Virus record (IMG/VR): IMGVR_UViG_3300021255_003843
Span: 1-64,000 of that record
Length of the DNA stretch: 64,000 nucleotides
Source of the DNA: a virus
Lineage: Duplodnaviria; Caudoviricetes
Strand: one strand, 5' to 3'
Below, piece after piece: positions 46,049 to 61,000 of the stretch (positions are counted from its first letter, which is position 1; the number at the start of each line of letters is the position of its first letter). The translations under genes were made by a program, and so were the position numbers. The notes beneath the pieces are model-generated. The model had not been told where the DNA came from. It did no database searches and saw only the letters and a program-made list of their open reading frames with translations.

Positions 46049-49000
46049 TTAGAAAGAATAGCTCATCGTATTAAAGCCTTGCTTCGAAAGCTCTTTAACA
46101 AACTTCTGTCCAACACGCTGCGCGACCTCGTCAAAGTCGGCGTCATCCTTGAACTGAGCTTCTGTGATGTTGATCACAAGCTCGCCAATGTTCTGGCTGT
46201 TTCCACTGAACGAGTTGCTGTCGATATTGCTGATTGTAGAACGATAACGCACAACCTTTGCCTCGTCTAAGAAGCTGCGTATCAGAGCGGTATCGTCGGC
46301 GCTAAGGAAAGCTTCGGGCTTAGCTTTAGTGCCGTCAACCCAGGCGGGACCAGTGAAATCAACTAAACCACCGGAATCAAAGCCAAATAATTTCTTAACG
46401 TTATCGGCCAGTTTGTTGGCAGTAGCAGATATTGTTTGAGCAACTTTACTCGTTGAACCAATTTTGTCTGTGCCAGAAGAAGCAGTGTCGTAATGAAGAG
46501 CTCTGGAATTGTCAACGTAAGCGCCATTGTTATCTTGAACATTGATCCTGTCAGCGTCTGTTGTGGTATTCGCATTATTGCCAGACCCAGAACCGGATCC
46601 AGATTTCTTACTCGATCCATTTGTCCCAATCCCGCTCAGACCATTATCGCTATGACTATAGACAGCATCACGCTTTTGCGCAGCAATCCAGTTATCATAC
46701 ATCTCGCCCCAATCGTAAAGCATTTGTTTCTGCTCATCCTCTGAAGCATTGATGTAATCCTGACTTGCCATCATGTAATTCAGGAACAAGTCTTTGCCGC
46801 TCAAGATATCAGCGATTTCTTCCCAGTAAGTGTGCGTATAACCAATCATTTGCTCGTAGGTGTCGATCCAACCCTGGATCATCTGCTTCTGCGCAGCGTC
46901 CATTGCTAAGCCGTACTCTTCTACGTTAGCCTTCAACCAATCGAGCATACCTTCCTGGCTCATCTGCATTACCTGGTTTACCTCGTCAGCCAGATTGTTG
47001 GCGTCTTCAAGCCAGGCTTCAAGATCTTCGCCGCCGTAGTTAACGAAATCATCGTAAGCCTGCAGCTGGCTATCGATCTGTTCCTTTTGGTAATCAGCTT
47101 CATCTTCGGCAACATCCCATGCAATCTCTTTCTCGATCTTCGCAATCTGCTCTCTCAGCTTTGCGGCATCCTTTGTGCGGGTGCTGTCCATCTCAATCAA
47201 CGCAAGCTGTTTCTTGTACTCAGAAAGCTCTTCATACTTCTCAGCTTCGTCTTCAGCGTCTTTTCTACGCTGAAGACGTTCGTCAATCAGATTCTTTTCT
47301 TCTTCAAGCGCAGCGCGTTTCTTCTCGATGTCTTTCTCAATCAAAGCCCACTCAGCGCGATAGCGCGCACGGATCGCTTCGATGATGGCGTCTTGCATGC
47401 TGACAGTACCGGCAAGCATATCACGCTCGCGCTGGATACGGTTGTTAATCTCAGTGTCAACCTCGGTTTCAAGATCGGTATGCAGCTTCAGTATCGCCTG
47501 TTCGTTCTCTTCAATCTTCTTTGTATTCTCCTGAATCGCGATGTTTGCTTCCTCGATCGCTTCTTCATAAGCGAGTACACTGTCATACAGGCTCTTCCAA
47601 TCGTCGCTGTTCTTCTTCGTCCTTGCCATCTGCTTCTTCGTTGTTTCGATATGCTTCTCAAGCGTAGCAATCAGGCGCTTCTGAGCATCGTTCTCAAGCT
47701 CGATCATCCGGTTCTGGTTGCCTATCTCGCTGGCGTTTTCATACTTTGTCTCTTGATACTGGATCATCTTAATCTCGTGATTCAGCAGAGCTTGTTCGCG
47801 CTTCAGGCGTTCAAGCAGTTTCTGAGCAGCGGACTTACCTCCGCCGCCTCCGCCGCCTCCACCACCGCTACGTCCTTTACCAAGATCGGTAGTCTGGAAC
47901 TGTAGTTTAATATTGCTGCCGTCGGATGTAACGACACCAGTTGCTTGCATACCCATTCGCGAAAGTGTTGCCATGATCTCTTGAATTTGAGCTTGCGCTG
48001 CACCAGTTGCTTCGTTGGCAAGCTGAGACAAGTCAACAGTTACTTGACCTTTATCAACCAGCAACTGAATTTGGGATCCGTCCAAACCAAGATTCTGCAG
48101 TTTCTCGTTGAACGTACCTTGCAGACCTTCTGTCAACATGGTGCCAGCAGTATTCAGATAATTGTCAATCGCTTGCTTATCTTCAGTTTCCCAATCTTTA
48201 ATTGCTTGCTGTACAGGGGTGCCGCCTTTTCTTAAATCTTTTTTATCTAAGCCAGTACCTTGCGCAATAGCAGAGAGCACGTCGTTACTTCTATCACCTT
48301 TTTTGTATTTCTCTCGATAATACTGATTGTTAGCGATAGCATTGATGCCCTGCCGGAACGATTTCATATATGCATTAGAATCTTTAATGTCTCCGCTAAG
48401 TGCTCTAACGCCGCTTGCAATATCTTTTGAAGCTTTATTAAATTTATTATACTGTTCAATCTTTCTTGCAGAGAACTCGCCGTTCAAGGCGGTCATATCA
48501 TATGTAAAATCCTCTGTTGCATTGCCGATCGCATAAAGAAGATCAGCTCCACCTTCAATATCACTCAACCATTGAGCAAAATCTTCGTGACTTGCTATAT
48601 AAGATTGAACAGTAGCAAGCTGTTCTGTGTTTAAATTTAGCGAACTGCTTGTACCAAATCCTTCACCAAATTGCTGCCTGGCAATTTCCATATTGTTATT
48701 GAATAATTGATCTCGATAAAGAGGAGCATAGCCAGTGCCTTGGATCAGGGCATTCCGCATCTGGTCATATGTCCATCCGTGCTCGCTATTATAAAAGATT
48801 TCATCAAAGCCGCTGCCAAGCATACGAGCTCCTTCGTCCTTCTTCAGATAATCTAAAAGCTCGGCGTCGCTATTGATGGCCGCTATCAGAGATTCCTGAT
48901 CTGAACTTTGCATAGCCAATCTTGCCAAACGGTTCTTATATGTCTCCGCTTCTTTTTCAGGTTCAACATTAGCTGCTGCACCTTGCGTTAAGATTTCATA

Positions 49001-52000
49001 AGCAGTTCTGTTATCAGTTATTTCGCTAATGCCAGTAATTTGTCCATCTTTCTCTGTCAGCTGTAACCCAGACATATCAAGCAGTTGTTCGACAAGCTCT
49101 CTAATTTTTTGATTGCCATCCTTAGCCAGATCTGAAAGGCTACTGAGCTCAGGGAAAGCTCCAACAATTGCTGCTTCCAAACTATCTCGTATCTTTTGTT
49201 GATCGCCTTTTAAATCTTTTGCAAGATCTTTCAGTTTTTCAGGTGTCTTTTTATATTCTTTTATTTCTTCATCTGTGAGTTGAGCTTTTGTCTGTAGGTA
49301 CTCCCAATCAGTCTCAGTAAGATTAGCTTGATTATCATACATTGTTTGAGCGATTTGAGCTGCTTGACTTGTGCGTTGAAGCTCAGAGCCTTCTGCGCTT
49401 ATTAATCTTCTCTCTTCTCTGGTGGGTCCTTTTGTACGATCAATGTCTGCAAGCCTCTGCGCAAGTTCAGCGCTACCAGCTTTCAGCTCTCCATTGCGTT
49501 CTCGCTCATAAACAGTTTGATAAGCAGACCCGGCTTTAAGCGCATCTATCTGATATTTCTCAAGCTGCTGCCCAGACATCACAGCAGAGTAAGCTTCGTT
49601 AAAGCCCTGCACGTTATTTGTCAGATAATCAAGCATCGTCGGGTTATTCTTTCTCAACTCTTCGAGCTTTGCCTTGTCGCCATTGAGAGCAGCTGTAATG
49701 TATTCAGATACACCGGACGTTGTCATCCTCGTAGCGTTCGGAGCCGTAATACCGTACGCGCCGTTCAACAGCATGGCGCGAATAGCGTCAACGTCGCCTC
49801 GCTCTATAGCCGCAAGGAAATCAGTGTTACTAAGTAGATCTGTCGCAGCGGTTGTTTTATATCCATTTGTACGCTGTACTAAATCGACATAACTTCTGAA
49901 ATCGCCTAAATTGCCATTACTCAGTTCGAAAGAATTCAGCATTGCTTGATAATCAGTGCTTTGATCTCCCTGTCCAAGCGCTGCTCTTGTATCCAGCGCT
50001 CGTGCCAATTGCTGAGCCCATGTCAACTGCGCGTCAGCTTTGCCGCCATACTGCATCTGCCATTGCCCATTCTCGCCGCGCACAATTTCACCAAGCTGAG
50101 AAGCACGAAGTCGTTGATTCACTTCAGCTACTTGAGCATCTGTCATGCCAGTAATCATATCGCTTGTAGACTTCTGCGTCCTACCAGGCTTAGACATCCC
50201 AAGCATTACCTTGATGCGCTCTAAGAAGCCTTCTGGTTGCTTAGTTTCGTATGCGGCATCACCAAGCTGATCCACCAATATTTGGTCGACAGCTGTGCTG
50301 ACAGTAGTGTTGCGAAGCTTCTCAACCTCTTCCATTGCATATCCGTAATCATTTGCTAAGCTGCGTTCACCAGACTGATATTGCGCAATAACGTTGTCGC
50401 CAATATTAAAGGCATTCTTGATCGTATTCCAATCCTCTGGCCGCTGTATTCCTTGACCAGAAGTTAAGCGTTTATAAGCCTGCTGCACCTCATCGAGGTT
50501 AGTGATCTGCTGTCCAAGCTGATTCATCTGGCTAATGCTATCAATGATATTGCCGTTAGCAATCGTCGTCAGTTGATTACTGAGACCAGATAACACTTTA
50601 CCTTCTTCTTCGAGTGCGCCGATTACCTCATTGCGTATCGCATCGGCCAAAGTCTTAGCAGCTTTGGCCGCAGCTTCGCTGTCAGAGCCATACGTCGCAA
50701 GATAATCAAATAAACCAGGGAAGCTCTTTAACTGGCTTTGAATACCATCTTCTAATCCTGCAAACATATCTTTCGCACCGTCGCCAGCTTCCATCAGCTT
50801 ACTGATTTCTTCCAGCGTTTTGGCAGTTGTCATTTGCGGAGTATAACCAACAAACGGATTATCTGTAAACGATTCCTGCGCTTTCTTTTTTAGATCGTCT
50901 AATTCCTTTTGATCAACTGTTTCTCCATTGTTTTGTTTTTCAATTAACTGCAAATATCTGAGAAGCTCAGACGATTGACCAAGCTGACCAAGATATTTTT
51001 CACCAGCCTGCTGCAAGCTCATATTATTATCAAGCACATCTTTTATCATCGCTCTATTGGAAGCGTTTGAGAAAACACCGCTTGTGTTATACAAATTTTT
51101 CCAGTTATCATACCATAAGCCTTGCAATAAACTTTCTCCATTTTTTCCGACAAGATTACCGTTTTCATCAAACGACAGCCCGAGCCCGCTCATCACGTCA
51201 GAACCTACATCCGAATTGGCCGCATTAAGCAAGCTAATAAAAGCAGGTAAATACTGATTTTGTCTTATAAGCTCTTCACCGACGGACAGTTTTAAATCAT
51301 CCCAATTGTCTGCAGTAACTTCTTTATCAAACCCAGAAAAACTCTTCATCGATTCTATAAAGCTTTGTGCTTCTGCAAAGTCATATGATTTCTCTTGTAT
51401 GTCAGACATCTGTTGAATTGTACTAACCCAGTTGTTAATACCTTCGGTGGCAGTTTTTATCTCATCATCTGTTCCGTATAAGCCAGTAATCCAACCAGCT
51501 TGATCAGAAGTGATCCGGCTTAATGCCTGCAAGCGATTTAAGTTACGAGTATTGTACGCCTTTCGATACTCAGCTTCCGCTAACTGGTATTCGTCAGCTT
51601 CTCTATTTCCTATCAATCCAGACATTGTATATACATTTGACAAGATTCCAGAACCGCTGTTGTTCTGCCATATTGCCTGTTCAGTCGGAGTTAAATTATT
51701 CTCTATATATTTACCAAACGCTTGCGGTGTCGCAAATTGATTAGAGCTTATTAATCCATAGAGCTTATTAGCCAATTCATACTGGCTGTTTTCAGATTGC
51801 ATTGCTTTATACGGATTGTACAAGCTTCTGTTCTCATAAGTCAATCCGCTTAAATCTGATAAAGTCTTGCGATCAAACAGGCCATATGCGCCGCTATAAT
51901 CACTATATCTCGCGTTTAATCCAAGCTTGTTCATAGCAGCGTCAAGAATAGGAGTTCCGTATTGCGCACCAAGATAATCATAACTGTAAGCAGCATCGTT

Positions 52001-55000
52001 CTGAGCTTGTAACAATCTCGCATTTAAGTCCGTTGAGGCCCCTGTCATCGTAATATTTCTATGCGTTACATCAGCGTTTATAAAATCATTTTTGTTAATA
52101 CCGATTAAGCTGAACAAGTTTTCGTCAATAGCATCCAGTTCTGTACCATTGTTAAGATATTGACTGATTGTATTGTATGCTACAACCCTGTCATACACAT
52201 CGTTAATATTCTGTACCATTTTATCTCTAAGCGCTTCGCGGCTTGTTGTTTGAGCTGAACCATGTCCTTCAGATAAAGCTTGAATCACCATATTCGTAAG
52301 CCCATCGGACACTTGGCCACTTCTTTCTTGTAATCTTAACCATGCTGTCTTTAAGATATCCAAAGCGTTATTTCTATCGGCGGTAATCTTGCTGCTATTC
52401 AATGTTGTAATAGCGTTTGCAACATCCGATCCATACACACTGGTTATCGCAGCCAGCTCGTCTTCTGTAAGCTGAACATTAAAATTACCGCTGTTTAATT
52501 GGGCGGCGGCTTTAAGTACAAGCTTTTGAGCCTGCTCTTCTGTTGTAGCCATCGACGCTTGGTTGATATCAAAAGCAGCGTTCGGTCTGTTGTAATTAAC
52601 AGAGTTAAACCAATTTTCTTGGAACCCTTTGCCGTTCGTAAGACCCAGCTGCTCAGCTTGCGCCTGAGTCATTAAACCGGCGTGAATCGCAGAGCCATAT
52701 GTGTTTACCAAAGCTTGTCTATAATCACTGCTGTTCAAATACGCCACATACTCTCGAGCAGCTGCGGCTTCATTGCCAAAGAAATCTTTGTCGCTCTTGC
52801 CAGCGTAAGTAGAAGATCCGGCTTTAATAAGCTCCTGATATTGAGACGGAATATTTGCCCAAGCAATAGTGCCAGAAGCTAACCGATTTGCAAACTGTCC
52901 GGCGATCGCTTGATTACGCATGGTTTCAAGTTCTGTGTTGAAAGTTGTTTGCGCCTCATGTTTCTGAATTCCATTTCTTGAAAACTGGTCAGCTAACTCA
53001 ACGAGATCCTTGATCAGCGTACCGGCTTTCAAAACTTCTTCTATGCCTTCAGACTTAAACTTGATCTTAATCTCAGTTTCTAACTCTTTCTTGCGTGCCG
53101 CATCAGTAGTGTTTATCCACTCATACAGCTCTGGATATGCACTCTTGATCTCGTTTAAATACTCTCCATATTTTTTCTTAGCTTCATCGGCATTAAGATC
53201 AAAGTTGACAATATTTGAAGCGACAGATCTCAGCTGTCTGGATGTATAAAAATTGTTGCCGTTAGCGGCCAGAGGATTTTCTTCGACATATCCTTGACCG
53301 GTATATGTTGTTGAAAATTGTTTATCTTGTCCGATAGTTGTTCTATAACCAGCAGATTTTGCGGCCTGCGTAAACTGCTGAAACTCTTGTCGAGTAGACT
53401 CGTCGGTTATACTATTCGCGTAAAGTTCCATAATTCTATCAGTAAAATCAAGGCCTTTATTTTCTTTTCTGAGCTTATTCCACTCTTCTTCATCCATTGA
53501 TTTAACGAAACCGCCAAGCAGATCTTGCATATAAACATTGAACCCGTGCGCACTTTCTTCTCTTGCTTTATTTAATCTGCTATTTTCAAGTGTCATGTAC
53601 AAACCTCTGTTTGCATCAAAGTTTGTCCTATTAACACCCCACTGTTTAGCAATTAAATCGTATTGATCCGCACTCGCAGTACCAGCATTTATAGCATTGT
53701 ATGCAGCAAGTTCTTGACCATAACTCATATTACCAGACAAAATACTGGCCGTATAATCCGTTAAAGAGCTTTGTAAAACTTTACCTTGTAAATAATCTCT
53801 GAATTGATCCAACGTATATTTGCCGGTGCCAACTTTAAGATCTTTAATCATTTTAGCAAACTCTGCGTCGTTTGTCATAACGCCCGTCAGATTAGGTATT
53901 TGTTTTTCAACATTGGATATCATATCAGCCATATCTTGATAAGAGCTGGCTTGCATGGCATATGACAACACATTTTTATATACATCTGTATATTCTTTAT
54001 CATTTAAACTATAATCATTAACAAATTGATCTAAATTTCGATAAGCATTTAATCCAGCTGAAGTTTTTATTCTATTTATGTCAAAATCATCGTAATTTAA
54101 TTCAATAATATCAGACGTTTTTTGAATTATTGATTGTTTATAATTGCGATATGCTTCTTCAGCTTTATCTAAATCGTCAAAACCAAACAATTGCTTTCCA
54201 TTTTCATCGGTGTAGAAATATTTGTATTTATTATTTGCTTTCTTAGCTGCATCCTGGAATTGTTGTGGTGCTTTATATGTATTTAAATATCTTTGTAAAG
54301 ATTCATGTAATGCATCTGGCAAATCTTCAGGCAATACTTGAGCAGTATCTTTCAATAATTGATCCTTTAAATATTTCCGCGCTTCTTCATCTCCGCCAGT
54401 TAAGCTATCTGTATCTCCAAGAATTTGACCTATAAAAGTATCAACTTCTTCTTCTCGCTGTTGTTGATAAGCGTCGGTATATAATTTCTGAATTCCTTGT
54501 CCTTTTGACCCAATTAAATAATTCCTAAACGAGTTTAAGAACTCTTTTTGATGTTCAGGATTAAGATGCGTGATCGACGTAAATACATTTTCTGAAAACC
54601 TGGCTCTCGTTTCATTTCCAAGTTTCTTTAAAAAACTGACGCCATCATCAGTATTTAAGTATATCTTAAATTTATCGTTTAATTTAGGATCATTAACATC
54701 TATGCCGAGCATTGAAAACAATGCCTTTTGATAGAATTCTTCATATGCTTTTTCAGAAGAAAGATCAATATCGTAAATACTATCAGGCATTATATCCGCA
54801 TAATCAAATGTTATTGCAGAAGTTGCATCAGCAATGTCAGAAGGCAACGTACCAGATGCCCAGTTGACCAAATATTTTTCATTTAATGAAGTACCTACAT
54901 TTTTATGTTCAACAGAATGTTGCGATGCATTATAAGCATCTCTTAATTTATCTGGTTTATACGCCGCTTCATAAGCAGCATATTTCATATCAATAGTATC

Positions 55001-58000
55001 TTCATCTATGTCTCTTTGTAATTTATCTATATGATCCTGACCTTGAGTAACAAATATTTTCCAATTTTTGCCAGCTTCTTCTGCGCTTTCAAATCCTTTC
55101 TTAACACCGTCAAGCGTACCAGCTAAATCGTTAAGAGAACCTATAAAAGCCTGTTGATCAGAAGCGGACATATTGCCCTTTGCTTTTTCCCAAGCCTCGC
55201 CATATTTCTGAACTTCATCAATTTGTTTCTGTAAAGGTTGTAAACCTTCTTTTCTGTTTTTAGAATAAGAATCAGCTAGCTTAATTTGCTGTTGAGCCTT
55301 TAATGTCGGGTCGTTTTGATCTACAAAATTTTTACGAGCGGAACCGATAGCTCCGGCAACACCAAGAACACCAGCGATCGCGACAACGGAAGCCAGTGTG
55401 CTAACCAGACCCGCCGCGCCTTTGAAAGTGTTAGAGGCAGCATTAACGATCAGCAGTTTAGTGGCTAGCGCAGCAAGCGCGCCGCCAATCACAACAGCAG
55501 CGGTAGACACAGGCCCAGCAACAGACGTGAGATCTTTCAGTCCACCGACAAAGCCAGTAACCATATCGACAGAGCTCACAAAGAACTGGTTGCTCGACAT
55601 GCTTGAAACCAAGCCATCGTAAGTAGCCTTCAATTCTTCCATCGCAGCCGTAATACTCTTCACAGCGATAGCATACTTGCTATCTGTCGTGCCTTCACTA
55701 TTCTCGGCTAAGCCAAGTAATCTGTCTAACTCAGCACCGCCGTCTTCTCCCATGCCTTCCATCAAGGTCTGGAACACGTTCGTCTGCCTGCCGCCAGCCA
55801 TTGTATACGTAATGTTATTGCGCTGAATATCATTCAGACTTCCCCAAACCTTAGACAGATCGCGAAGCACATCGAAGCTGTTTCTAAAGCTCTTGCCACC
55901 GCTTTCACGTAACTGAATGCCAGCGCCGGACAGAGCTTTTTCAACATCGTTGATTGACACGGAAGCGCCCGTCTCGTCGTTGACATAACCCTGATTCGTA
56001 ACACGATTCATGCGTGAGAAGATCGTCTGCATAGCAGTACCGATTACCTGGCCGCTCATCTGAGTTTTACTGATACCGATCGTCAGCATTGACGTTAATT
56101 CTTCGTAGCTGACACCAGCAACCTTCGCAGCGGCAGCGGACTTCTGCATACCCTTGAAGATCTCATTAGCTGTCGTAGCCGCGCTGTCGCCCAAAGCGGT
56201 CAGCGCGTCCATCGCTTCTTCAGCGGAGTTTACGAGGCCGTTCTGTATAGCAGTGGTGATTGCCTTGCCGGCGTCTGTCACCTTTGCGCCAGTAACGGTG
56301 GCGAATTTGATGATCGCGCCAGTACGGTCCTCTACCTGCTGGTCATTTAAACCCTGGCGATAAAGGTCCGACTCAACGGATGCAACGTTAGCAACGCTCG
56401 TCTTCAGCTCGATAGCGCGATCGACCGTCGCCTTTTTGACAGCCTGCATCTGCTCATCCGTCTTCATCGTAATCGCCTGGATGCCACGCATCTGGCTATC
56501 AAACTGCACAACAAAGTTCTTAGCTTCGGTAAACGCCTGACGGATCATCTTCCTGCCGAAGCTCTGCAGCAGTTTATCCGCAGCGGTTGCCGCCGTCTCT
56601 AAACCGGCAGCAAGCATATTGCCAATTGTCTTGAAGTTGCCGGCAGTGTCGCCGAACTCCTTCATTGCTTCCTTCGTGCTCTCGAGTGCCTCACGATAAT
56701 GGTCAAGACTTGCCGTAGCAGAATCATATTGAGCCTGCGCAAGGTTCCTGTCTTCGTCGGTAGCGGCATTATCAATAGCGTTCTTGGCAGCAAGCTGCTG
56801 TTCTTCCATCCGCTTGACCATCATATCGTTGTAGTTATATTGGCTACGATACTGATCATACATGTTCTGACGCTGGAGGTAAGTGCGACTCAGAGGATCA
56901 ATTGCAGTTCTCGATTGCCAGTTGCGGTTCATCTGCTCGACCTGCATCTCGGCACGCTTAGCTTGCATGATCTCTTGTTCGCCGCGAAGCTCTGCCTGCT
57001 TCTGACGCTGGCGAATACGCTCGTTGTAAGCAGCTTCTTCGCGTTTCACGTAATCATCGTTAAAGCGTTCAAGCGGCTTAAGGCGCTCATCTTTTTGTTC
57101 TTGTGTCAGATCAGACTTGCGGATTCTGTCAGCAATCTTGCGAGCATTATCTACATTTTTCTGCGCTTTATCTCTGACAGCTTCAACACCTTCAAGATAC
57201 CTCGAGACATCAATATTTTGCTCGTCGTATTTACGCTTATAATCTTCGAAGGTAGTGTTTACTATCTTCGCTTCATCTTCTGTAATAAACCCAGTCTTCT
57301 GTTTCTTCCGGTTGATCCTGGCTTGCTCTTCTCTAAAATCAAGGAAAGATTTTTCTTTATCAATATCGTATTTATCAACATCGGCCATGTAGGTGCTTAA
57401 CACCTGAGCAACGCGAGCTCTATCCTGCAGTTTAAGATGCTGCTGTTGAAACATCGTATTCTCGTCGATTTGCTGAGTAAGCACAGAATACGGTTCCATC
57501 TTCTTAGCAACTTCTTCGTCGCTCATGCCTTGATCTTTATATACTTTCTCCAACCTTTCACTCAGCTGAGAAACAACTTCTTTCGCTTCGTTTGCTCCTT
57601 GCTTCAGCTGCTGGAACGGGTCTTTGATAACAGTACCTTTTATTTTATCAAGCAGATTTGTTATATCTGCTTCTTTCATCTTGCCAGTTTCTTCTCTCGC
57701 ACCAGCAAGATAAGTGTCAGTTTCTGCTAAACGCTCTTCGTAAAGTTTTCGCTCAGCTGGGCTGAACGGATACTTCTCACGATCCTGCAAATGTTTCTGA
57801 AGTTCATTGCGATAATCTTCGACAGCCTGCAGCTGGTTGTTATACTCTTCGAACTGAACATCGAGCGCGGAAACTTTATTGGCACGCTTACGATTTGTTT
57901 TATCTAGATTCTCATATAAGCGTTTTGCTTTAAGTTCAGTGGTGTCAGCAAAGTCTTGATTCATCTGCTGCATCAAGTCTTTGCGTCCACCAACCAATTC

Positions 58001-61000
58001 TTTAAACTCCTGCTTCATGGCAGGCGGCAGCTGATCAAACTCTTCGCCATTCTTAATAAAATCTTCAAGCTGTCTATAAACAAAGCCAACGTTCGCAGCC
58101 CTGCTTCCGTAATAAGTTTCTGCTTGAGACTTACCTTCAAGCTCATTCTCTTTCTTTAGAAGACCAGACAAGAACTGCTGCTTCACGCTGTCAACACTGG
58201 ACCGCAAAGTGTTAGCATGTTCTTGAGCTTGAATGTAAGTATAAGCCTTACCAAGTTGAGCATTCTCATCTAAGATACGCTGACGTTGCGCTGTTATATC
58301 GCGATAAGCCTGCATATCAATCCCGCTGCCAGCAGCGAGTTGATCAACTTCGTCGTATACGCGCGCTACTTGAGCAGCTTCGGCCTCGGCTTTCGCGAGA
58401 TCACCGTCTACCGCGTAAATACGTTTAGAAGCTTCAATAGCCTCTTCTTTTGTCATATCCGGAGAATAGCGAGCCTGATCTTCCTGCGGCAACGTACTCT
58501 TGATCTGATTCATCTGCTCTTCGTGCTGTTTCGTCTCGATCTCAATACGCTGTAATTCAGCTTGATTCTCCTGTAGCTTTTTCTCAACTGCTTCACGCTG
58601 CAGCACGGTATCCTTGCCAGTGAAAGTAAAATCTAAACCGCCCTTCTGCCCTAAGAATAATTCTGGCAGAAGCTTCGCAGGATCGTCTGTACGGAACACA
58701 GAGCTAATATTTGGCTGGTTGATACCTCTTTCGATGAAACCCTGGGCTGCAGTAATACCATATTCGTTCATCTTCTTTTGAACATAAGAATCGAACGAAA
58801 CCTCAGAGCCATCTTCCATTTTAATCATGCCACCTTGGGCTTTTTGATATGCTTCTTCCTCGATTTCACGCTTAGATGCTATAATCATAGCCTGCATATC
58901 ATCAAGCTCTTCTGCAGACATCGGAGCCATCGGGTTAGCAATATCATACGCCTTCATTGTGCGAAGGTTCTTCATCAACGCTTGCGTTGTTTCGCCTGCT
59001 CCGCCATAACCCATATGTTCAAGAGCTTGAAGCAGAGCGTACGTGCGTTCCATATTGACGCCTTTAGACGCAACCTGAGATACAGCGCGCATTGTTCCAA
59101 CGTCTGTTGTGTTAAAAATAGAACGGAAGTTGATCTTATCAAAACCAAGATCGCGAAGTTCCTTCATGTTGATAGGAATCTCATGTCCGTTTACTGTTGC
59201 GGTGTAGATGTCCTCAGGAGAAGGAACATCCATGTTGTCGCGGCCTGTTACGTTAAACAGGCGACTAAAACGAGACGGAAGCTTAGACCATTGAGCACCA
59301 GCGTATAAAGCCTTCTTCATCTGAGGAGTTGCTTCAGTAGATGTAGCGTGCTTTAACCCGGCGGTAGCTTGGTCGTAAGTAGGTGTGCTTTGAATTGCCG
59401 CTGCTAAAAGATCTTTATTTTCAGGAGCGTATATATCAAACATTGCTGCACGACGCGCAGAAGCGTCGGCAGCACCCATTTCGTTTGTAACATCTTGACT
59501 TGTTTGAAAGAATAAACGACGATGAAGCGGATTGTCTACATTTTTAGCCGCTTCGGCAGGCATATCTACCTTCTTAATAATGGGCTCCGTACTTCCTTCA
59601 AAATCCTGAATGGCTTTTTCTTGAATGGCAACTACTTCAGCAAACGCTTCAGCTAAATCGCCATAAATCGTTTTTGCTTTATCCCCATCTAAGTCTGCGC
59701 TACCAAGCGTCGCCAAATCCGCCTCAGAAGCGAATAAGCCACTCGTAGTTTGCCCGAAAACTTTATATATATCTCTCGCTAAATTAGCATAGTTTTTGCC
59801 AACAACAAAGTTGCCAAACAGAGAAGGGCTTCTTTGAACAGCAACTTTTTTAGCATCAGGTCTGGCAAAGTCAACAAGTTGACCCTTGTTTAATGCGAAC
59901 ACACCTTCGAGATCTTCGTCACTAATGGTTAAAGCTGTGCCAGTTTTTTCTTGATATTGTTGACGGATTCTTTTCAGCAAGTCAGACCTACTAAGGCCAT
60001 TGATCGTTTCAAGACCTAGTATGGACGCCAGAGGAGACTTATTGATAGTCTGGTTAATAACAGAAGGGTTTGTACCAAAATCTATCCATTCACCAGAAGA
60101 CATGCGCTCTGTCAATGATTCAATCTCGTTCTGCACCCAGCTTTGCACGGCACTGCTGTTCACGTTTAGCTTGCCGCTTCTGATCTGCTTACCGAGATAG
60201 TTGTCAGGATCAGCAAACAAATATTCTCTGATGCCAGCCTCAGAACTTAACAGGTTGATGCGTCTATCAAATTCGTCGATTTGTTGTTGACGCATCTTCG
60301 GACTGAGGTTCATAAAGGCCATTGCTTGAGTGCCGATACCTTTTGCTCTTGTTTCAGCATCATCATATGTGCTCATACTCGACATGCCATAATGCTGAAG
60401 CATCGCCGTAAAACCTTTGCTGATCTCTTCAGGAGTGTGGAAGTTCGAGTACGCCTGCATGTTTTTAATCGTAGAAGCATCAACGAAGCCATGGTAATCG
60501 GTTAAGTCAATGTTGCCGCCAACGCCAGGCAAGATAAACCGACCGTTGGCGTCCGTTAAGCCGGCAGCTTTTGCCCATTCGCCAACAGTCTTATAACCGG
60601 AGATTTGGTGGAACGTACCCTTGCCGGCAACACCCATACGGCCCTGGAAATCTTTTTCAGGTAGAATACCATCCATGAACCAGCCGATACCATCGGCAAG
60701 CTTCTGCTTCACATTTTCATCATTGATTTGAGACAGATCAACAACAGCAAAGTTGCGATTCTTGAAATTGCCATGTGTGTCCCAGCTGTTTGACCAACCT
60801 TTACCGGTTGCATCGAAGTGTTTTCTCAAGCTTTCAATGTCTTTGAATTCATAAGCAGAATCAACGAAATCATTCCAGAAATTAGCGCCCTTACCGTCGG
60901 CAGTTACAAAGCCATGCTTCTGAGCCCATTCCTGCTCACGCTTCATGACAGCTTCATAAGCTTGCTGCTCAATCATGCGGACACCAGCATGAGTACCAGT

